Under the pieces are notes generated by a model. The model did no database searches and was not told where the DNA came from. It worked only from the letters and a program-made list of their open reading frames with translations. Shown here piece by piece: positions 53,105 to 64,000 of a stretch of 64,000 bases of DNA (positions are counted from its first letter, which is position 1; each line of letters begins with the position of its first letter). The DNA lies in NCBI GenBank assembly GCA_964016885.1, contig OZ024740.1, positions 419,554,001 to 419,618,000 on the forward strand. Direction: 5' to 3'. Source of the stretch: Eledone cirrhosa. Taxonomy: Eukaryota. The position numbers were made by a program, and so were the translations under genes.

Positions 53105-53268
53105 TATGTATATGTATATATGTATATGTATATATGTATATATATATATATATATATGTATATGTATATATGTATATGTATATATGTATATGTATATATG
53201 TATATATATATATGTATAATAAAGTTAAATAAAATACAACCAACATATACTCAAAATCTATATATATG

Positions 53269-56200
53269 TCATCATCATCACCGTTTTACGTCCGTTCTTC
53301 CACGCTAGCATGGGTTAGACGGGTTGTCCTGTTGTGGGCAGTGTCTGGTCGGCTGACCATGCCTTGCTCATACAGGAACTGATCTGGCTTGATTTCTACA
53401 GCTGGATGCCCTTCCTAACACCAACCTCATTTACAGTGAGTGCTGGGTGCTTTTTCGTGGCGCCTACACGTCCACTTTACAGTGTGGGCTGGGTGCTTTT
53501 TTGCCGTGGCACCTCCACGACCACCTTGCGGTGGGGGGGGGGGGGGGCATATTGTTTATATGCTTCAGCATGTACCCATGGGAGGTCGGGTACCCTGTAT
53601 TACTGCGTGACGCCAGAAGTCACGGTCGTGTGTCATTGACTTTGAGAGGTGTAGTTGGGTAAGGTCGGCTCTTATCACCTCATCCCAAGTCATCTTGGGT
53701 CTCCCCACTCCGCGGTTTCCATCAACTTCTAGTGCTCTGCACCTTTTTATGCAGCTGTCATCCTTCATACGCATCACATGTCCATACCAGCGTAACCGCC
53801 TCTCCTGCACGCAGCATTTGATTCCTCTTATGCTCAGTCTCTCTCTCAATTCATTTATGCTTTGTCGTTCACGTATATTACTGTTACACATCCATCGGAG
53901 CATGCAGGCTTCGTTTCTCTCTAATCTACGTAAGTCTTCCACCTTCAGCGCCCAGGTCTCACTACCATGCAACATCGCTGTTCGGATACACGCATCATAC
54001 AGTCTGCCTTTCATTCTGAGGGAGAAGCCTTTTGCAGCTAGCAGTGGTAGTAGTTCCCTAAACTTCTTCCATCCCGTTCTTACCCTAGTTATTGTACTTT
54101 CTGAGCACCCACCTCCGTTGCTAATTCGGTCACCTAGGTAGCAGAAGCTGTCTACTGTTTCTACAGGGCCCTCCCAGAGATTGGTGGTACTTGTTTCCTG
54201 TGGCTGTTTGCTTGCTGTTTCAGCACAGCTGCTGCATGTGAATCCTACATTCTTAATTAAGCTTCCTGAGATCCCGCTACATCTCTTGTGTACCCATTGT
54301 TTGCATTTGGGGCAAAGAATGGAGTTCCTACCTACACCTTTCCTACATACTGAGCAAGGCCATTTCCCTGAGGGGATCTGGGTTCTGTTTTCTCGTCTAC
54401 TTATAAGGACCTTAGTCTTTGTCATGTTGACTTTGAGGCCCTTTCTCTCTAGTCCCTGCTTCCAGGTTTGGAATTTATTCTCTAGTTCTACCATAGATTC
54501 AGCTATGAGTGCGAGGTCATCAGCATACAGGAGTTCCCATGGGCATCCGGTCTTAAACTCCTCCGTTATTGCCTGCAGGACTATGATGAACAGGAGAGGG
54601 CTAAGAACAGAGCCCTGGTGGACCCCAACCTGTACGCTAAATTCCTCGCTATACTCATTGCCAATCCTAACTTTGCTGACTGCTCCCCTATACATGGCTT
54701 GTACCGCTTTCACAAGCCATTCATCTACTCCTAGTTTTCTAAGAGCCCACCAGATTACTGCACGTGGAACTCTGTCAAAGGCTTTCTCAAGGTCGACAAA
54801 TGCCAAGTAGAGTGGCTTACTTTTAGCTAGGTACTTTTCCTGTAATTGCCTCACAAGGAAGAGCGCATCAGTGGTGCCTTTCCCTGGAACAAACCCAAAT
54901 TGCATCTCGTCTATATTCACCCGGTCCCTAATCAGCTGTGCTATAACTCTTTCTGTTACTTTCATGACCTGGTCCATCAACTTTATACCTCTATAGTTTC
55001 CTCTATCTAGTGCATCGCCTTTACCTTTGTAGCAGTTGACAATGATGCTACTGCACCAATCTTTTGGTATGGCCCCCTCTAGTATTACCTGGTTAACGAT
55101 ACGTGTGGTTATAGTGTGACCTACAGACCCAGATGCCTTCAGCATCTCGGCAGCTATACCCGATGGACCGGTTGCCTTCCCTATCTTCATATCTCTGATT
55201 GCCTTACTTACTACGCTGCCGCTGACTTGTACTGCTGGTCCCTCTATAGGGTCTACGTGGGGTAGGGTCTCTTCTTCCCATGCATTCTCCTCATTTAGTA
55301 ATCTATCATAATGACTCTTCCATGCATCTTTCTTCTCAGCACTTGTGAGGGCAAGCTCACCTTTATCATTCCGGATACACTTCTCTCCAATGACATCACA
55401 ACTATCTCTGACACACTGCCTCGCAATCTTGAATACCTCCTGTTTCTGGTCCTCACGTTGTAAAACATGCTTGAATTTTCTATCCTCTGCTTCCCTCCTA
55501 GCTAAGTATACTTGTCGCCTAGCTTCCCTCTTGGTCTCTATGTAATGTACCCTGCTCCCCCCGTTCTTCCATTCTTTCCATGCCTGTCTCTTGGCCTTGA
55601 CTGCTTCATCTACCTTATTGTTCCACCACCAAGTCACTCTCCTCCTGCTTGAGGTCTTACTCCAGCCACAAACCTCATCCGTCGCCTCTAGTAAGTTATT
55701 TTTTAGGAACTCCCAGTTCTCTTCTACGTTAAATGTCTCTATCTGTTCTTCTTTACTGTCGTAGGCGTTGAGTAAAATATCTTTAAATCTGTTACTGGTT
55801 GAGGGGACTTTCAGCTTCCAGATCTTTCTTCTCCAGGTTGGCCTCTGTTTCAGGGCTCGTCTAGTTCTGACCGTGAGGTCGCTGACAACTAAGCTATGTT
55901 GGGATGTACATTCCTCACTAGGGAAGGCTTTTGTGTTTACGACCGTCCATCTGTCACGTCCTCTGATGAGAATAAAATCTAACTGACTAGAGTGCTCCCC
56001 TGATCTATAGGTGATCAGGTGGTTGTCGGGTTTTTTTAAAGTTTGTGTTACATATCGACATGTCATTGGCGTCGCAGAATTCTAGAAGTCTGAATCCTTC
56101 CTCATTCCTTGTGCCAACTCCATGGCCTCCATGTACTCTATTGAAGCCGTCGCAGTGTTTACCTACGTGTCCGTTAAATCTCCTGCAATGATTAGGAAGT

Positions 56201-56992
56201 CCTTGTCGTCTGTTAGAGCAGTAGTGTGTATTAGGGACTCGTAAACCTATCCTTAAGTTCGTCTGGCAGCCCCGATTGGGGTGCGTAAGCTGATATTATT
56301 GTGGTAATTGTCTTATTCAGGACTAGTCTGAGTTTAATGATTCTTGCATTTACCCTGTACACTGAGATTACTTTTATCTACCCACTTGTCAGCTAATAGT
56401 ATACCTACACCACCCATCCCATCGTCATTTCCCACCCAGAAAAATTTGTAGCACTGGCTTTTTCCTACAAGGACTCTAGCAGACCCTCCTCTCCATCTAG
56501 TCTCTTGCACACAGCATACATCAACTTCCTTTCGCTCTAGCATTTCTACGATTTCTCCTGCTCTTCCTTTCATTGAGCCTACATTGATGGTACCAACTCG
56601 GAGTTTTGGGCATTTGTCGACACTCGTAGGGGAGGGTCTCTGGGTTGGCGCTTCACGTGGGTGCTTGGTAGCTCGCAGATTCATATTTCATCTATTGATT
56701 CAGAGTTGCTCGTGTATTCCCAGCTCATCCATCCATAACGGTGGGAAAATTGAGGGCTAGAAGGACAGTGGTGGTGGGGTAATGGCAGGGTGTGTTGGGA
56801 TGCGCCAGAGGAGGAGAGAGTTAGTTAGGCAGGTAGTAGCAGCAGCAGCAGTGGAAATGGCATGCTAGGTTTGATTGGTCGAATAGACTATGGTGGTGTG
56901 TGGGGGGGGGGGGAAATTGTGAGGTAGGAACTGAGGGTCGCATGGTAAATATCCAAGTTAATACTACATCAGTAAAATTAACAATAATAACG
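53269..56992 (-). mobile_element. Near-full-length RTE-clade LINE, subfamily A (APE endonuclease, RT, embedded PHD finger)
   Basis: EN motifs GTINVGSM, CVQETRW, SAYAPQ, AGD(F)NGHVG, SQLDFIL, SQH; RT motifs [30 protein letters not shown]; RTE C-terminal [15 protein letters not shown]; (ATG)n tail. Confidence 0.95.
53565..56684 (-). CDS. RTE ORF (endonuclease-reverse transcriptase), about 1039 aa if four 1-nt indels are corrected
   Basis: ORFs 56334-56684 and 53565-56066 share a frame; intervening EN sequence reads without stops after indels near 56373, 56244, 56177, 56034. Confidence 0.75.
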
Positions 56993-60142
<3,150 letters not shown>

Positions 60143-60219
60143 CATATATATATATACATATATTTTATGTGTCTCTTGGGTTGAAAAGGAGGTCAAGTAT
60201 GTTATAGATCAGTAAATAG

Positions 60220-60268
60220 TTGCTCCGAAGAATCCAAACCTCGGTTTGGAGGAAACAATTGTAAGCAA
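60220..60268 (+). ncRNA. Minimal hammerhead (U4>C variant) in a ~140-bp solo unit between TA tracts
   Basis: UUGCU CCGAAGA A-UCCAAAC-CUCG-GUUUGGA-G GAA ACAAUUGU A AGCAA, then AAUAAA. Confidence 0.75.
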
Positions 60269-60306
60269 ATAAATGACTTAAACTGAACTTTGATTATTGT
60301 AATCTC

Positions 60307-60356
<50 letters not shown>

Positions 60357-60437
60357 CATATATATATACACACATATATATATATATATATACATATATA
60401 TATACATATATATATATATACATATATATATATATTA

Positions 60438-60991
60438 TCACCGGACCGAGACCTTTGGCGGTACTCAGTAACAGAGAAGACCCGCCTTACCTAAATATAA
60501 AGTAAAACCTACTAGTCAGTAGGCATCTCTAACAAAATACATCCCCGTCCCACCCCATCCACACCGCCCCCTTCAATGCAAAGTTATGTTGGTGCCACAA
60601 CATCCAGGCTGAAACAAACGAGATCGTGTAGGTGTCACGACAAAAAAAACACACAGTCCACGCTGTAATGTGACCGTGTAGGCAACACGGTAAAAACCTC
60701 CCAGTCCCACACTGTAAATGTGGTTGGTGTTAGGAAGGGCATCCAGCTGTAGAAAACACGCCAGACAGTCCACGCTGTAATGTGGCCGTGTAGGCAACAC
60801 AGTAAAAACCTCCCAAGTCCACACTGTAAATGTGGTTGGTGTTAGGAAGGGCATCCAGCTGTAGAAAACTCGCCAGACAGTCCTATGCGAGCAAGACAAC
60901 CACTCTTGCCTCAAGTGGGAAAACCCCCGTCCAAACCCATGCAAGTGTGGAACAGGGACGTTAAACGATGATGATGATGATGATGATGATG

Positions 60992-60992
<1 letters not shown>
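60438..60992 (+). mobile_element. RTE subfamily B 3' end with internal ~100-bp 3' UTR duplication
   Basis: Reverse complement of the 63271 copy; (GAT)n tail then (TA)n. Confidence 0.85.
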
Positions 60993-61023
<31 letters not shown>

Positions 61024-61220
61024 GTAGATAAATCTACCAAGAGTTTCCGGTAGTGTCCAATCCGTATGAAGAACTCAATGTAATCCGGATATCATGGAAA
61101 GAAGAGATGCAATGAAAAATCACTTTCGGTGAAAGATAAACGGAATACAGAGTCAAGATAAAATATTAAAAAAATAATGAATAAAACAATGAAACAGTTC
61201 CTTATATTAAACAAAAAAAG

Positions 61221-61374
61221 TTCATTATTTAACGATCGTTTCTAGGATATATATGTGTTAGAATTGGCATGCATATTCAACAGATCTATGTACAAAATTA
61301 TACTAAATTATACAAACTATCAAAATTAAATATACATACCAACACATATATATGCCGTCTTCAGAAATAATGAA
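61221..61374 (-). ncRNA. Type I hammerhead with 115-nt stem II domain, canonical core
   Basis: UUCAUUAUUU CUGAAGA CGGCAUAUAUAUGUGUUGG...CUAACACAUAUAUAUCCUA GAA ACGAUCGU U AAAUAAUGAA; perfect 10-bp stem I. Confidence 0.85.
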
Positions 61375-61797
61375 ATATATTTATTGATAATAACAACAAT
61401 TCAAAATTACAGGTCTGTTTGGGAACAGAGTTCAAATTGACCAATGAAAACACAAAAAGTTTATACAGTTAGGTGTGTGTATATATGTAAGTAACTTCGT
61501 TCACAGATATGCATAAAAATATATATGTTCCCATGCATACGCATGCCGAAAAGATGTATGTAAATACAAAAATTCAAGGCTAATGTCTCTGTATGTTTAT
61601 AATCTACAGATAAAATACGTATACGCATATAAATATAAAAATAAATATATACACACATTCATATACTCACACATATACGTACATTCACACACACACGTAT
61701 ACGCATAAACATACACACAACCACGAACATACATTCACACACACCCCCCCACACACATATATGTGTATATACTATTATCATAAGCATATGGACATTA

Positions 61798-61931
61798 ATT
61801 GTTTCTACTTTAGGCACAAGGCCAGCAATTACCCAGTGCATTACTGGTACTTTATTTTATCGACCCCGTAAGGATGAAAGGCAAAGTCAACCTCGGCGGG
61901 ATTTGAACTCAGATCGTAAAGGGACGTAACT
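61798..61931 (-). mobile_element. Deu/Nin-domain SINE, 5'-truncated
   Basis: Reverse complement of the 3' two-thirds of 183-375. Confidence 0.8.
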
Positions 61932-62104
61932 TATGGACATTAATGCGCGCACATAAACACTGCCACACATATTTAGATCCAGATACAGAAAGTAGGTGGG
62001 GGGGGGGAGAGGTCAGTATTTAGCGGTGTCAGCAAGCTGCCTATTTATAAATGTATCTATAAATTTAGAAATAAAAAGAAAAAGAAAAAAGAAATATATT
62101 AAGA

Positions 62105-62214
62105 AAATATACATATATATATATATACACATACACATATACACACATATATATATATATATATACACATATATATAAACAAGTAAAATATAAAATATAC
62201 ATCAATATACATAC

Positions 62215-62249
<35 letters not shown>

Positions 62250-62583
62250 CGTATATATACATACATATACATACACATATACATAAACACATACATACAC
62301 ATCCATATACATACATACACCATATAAATACACATACACATACACACATGCATACATATAGAGACACATACATATACACATAAATACATAGACATATACA
62401 CATATACACGCATATATACATAAACATACATACATACATATATATATATATCCATTCACAACACACATATATATATATATATATACATACACATATCTAC
62501 ACACATATAAAACACACTCATGCATATACACACATACACATACATACCCACACACATATATATATATATATATATATACACAT

Positions 62584-62650
<67 letters not shown>

Positions 62651-63204
62651 TATATATACACACATACATACACTTACATACACATACACATATACAAAGA
62701 TATATATACATACACACACACATATAATGAATATATATATATATATATATATATATAATCATATATGTATATACACACATATATATATACATACATACAC
62801 ACACATACTCATACATAGACATACATATATACACACATACATACACATACATATACGCATATATACACATACATACACATCCATGTATGCGTATATACAT
62901 ACAAACACCACCACACGCTCACACAACTCAGACATACATAAATAAAGGGATATACATACACATATATACATATATAAATAGAGATACATATACAGATATA
63001 AATATATACACACATACACACACACACACACATACATACACATACATATACACACGCTCACACAACTCAGACATACATAAATAAAGGGATATACATACAC
63101 ATATATACATATATAAATAGAGATACATATACACATATAAATATATACACACATACACACACACACATACATACACATACATACACACATACATATATAT
63201 ACAC

Positions 63205-63270
<66 letters not shown>
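62105..63270. repeat. Compound (TA)/(CA) microsatellite with a ~139-bp duplication (about 62911 and 63051)
   Basis: CACACGCTCACACAACTCAGACATACATAAATAAAGGG occurs twice. Confidence 0.85.
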
Positions 63271-63272
<2 letters not shown>

Positions 63273-63890
63273 CATCATCATCATCATCATCATCAGGTTT
63301 AGCGTCCGTGTTCCACGCTTGCATGGGTTTGGACGGGGGTTTTCCCACTTGAGGCAAGAGTGGTTGTCTTGCTCGCATAGGACTGTCTGGCGGGTTTTCT
63401 ACAGTTGGATGCCCTTCCTAACACCAACCACATTTACAGTGTGGGGCTGGGAGGTTTTTACCGTGTTGCCTACACGGCCACATTACAGCGTGGACTGTCT
63501 GGCTGGTTTTCTACAGCTGGATGCCCTTCCTAACACCAACCACATTTACAGTGTGGGGCTGGGAGGTTTTTACCGTGTTGCCTACACGGCCACATTTACA
63601 GCGTGGACTGTGTGTTTTTTTGTCGTGACACCTACACGATCTCATTTGTTTCGGCCTGGATGTTGTGGGACCAACATAACTTTACATTGAAAGGGGCGGT
63701 GTGGGTGGGGTGGAGGTGGTGGGACGGGGGTGTGTTTTGATAGAGGTGCCTACTGACTGTAGTAGGTTTTTACTTTGTATTTAGGTAAGGCGGGTCTTCT
63801 CTATTACTGAGTACCGCCAAAGGTCTCGGTCCAGTGACATTGTCTTGGAGAGGTGTAAGCGTGTGAGGTCGGAATTTATCAGCTCGTCCC
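63271..63890 (-). mobile_element. RTE subfamily B 3' end
   Basis: 3' UTR plus last codons of the ORF; TA-flanked on both sides. Confidence 0.88.
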
Positions 63891-63933
<43 letters not shown>

Positions 63934-63941
63934 CATATATT

Positions 63942-63997
<56 letters not shown>

Positions 63998-64000
63998 CAT

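Noticed and set aside
53695-55986. Plus-strand ORFs overlapping the RTE
   Set aside because: Antisense shadow frames of the RT ORF with no recognisable motifs.
56690-56992. HDV-like ribozyme at the RTE 5' end
   Set aside because: Expected for some RTEs, but no nested double pseudoknot could be identified by eye.

Overview
AT-rich, repeat-saturated animal (eukaryotic) DNA, most likely intronic or intergenic. The repeat repertoire suggests a cephalopod such as Octopus; this is inference only. No host gene can be identified with confidence, and most ORF-track entries are microsatellite artefacts. The window holds: two RTE-clade LINE subfamilies, including one near-full-length copy (53269-56992) broken only by four homopolymer indels and carrying a PHD finger inside the RT region; CR1/L2-type and Tx1/L1-type 3' fragments; two Penelope-like elements (PLEs) with GIY-YIG remnants; tRNA-derived SINEs (Deu/Nin-domain and Meta-domain, one with an RTE-derived tail); piggyBac- and Tc1/mariner-type MITEs; three large minisatellites (34, 20 and 31 bp units); and a 200-N gap. 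The main hidden signal is a dense set of type I hammerhead ribozymes (HHRs) folded by eye. There are about a dozen mutually unrelated loci: six with a canonical core, several core variants and several decayed or partial copies. Nearly all lie in short non-coding units inserted in (TA)n tracts. Recurring features are palindromic or minimal stem III, a mismatch or extra base at the foot of stem II, very long stem II inserts, fold-back (inverted) arrangements, and a downstream AATAAA/ATTAAA signal plus a conserved bulged hairpin. Together this looks like a diverse, TA-microsatellite-targeted family of ribozyme-bearing PLE-derived or retrozyme-like elements.
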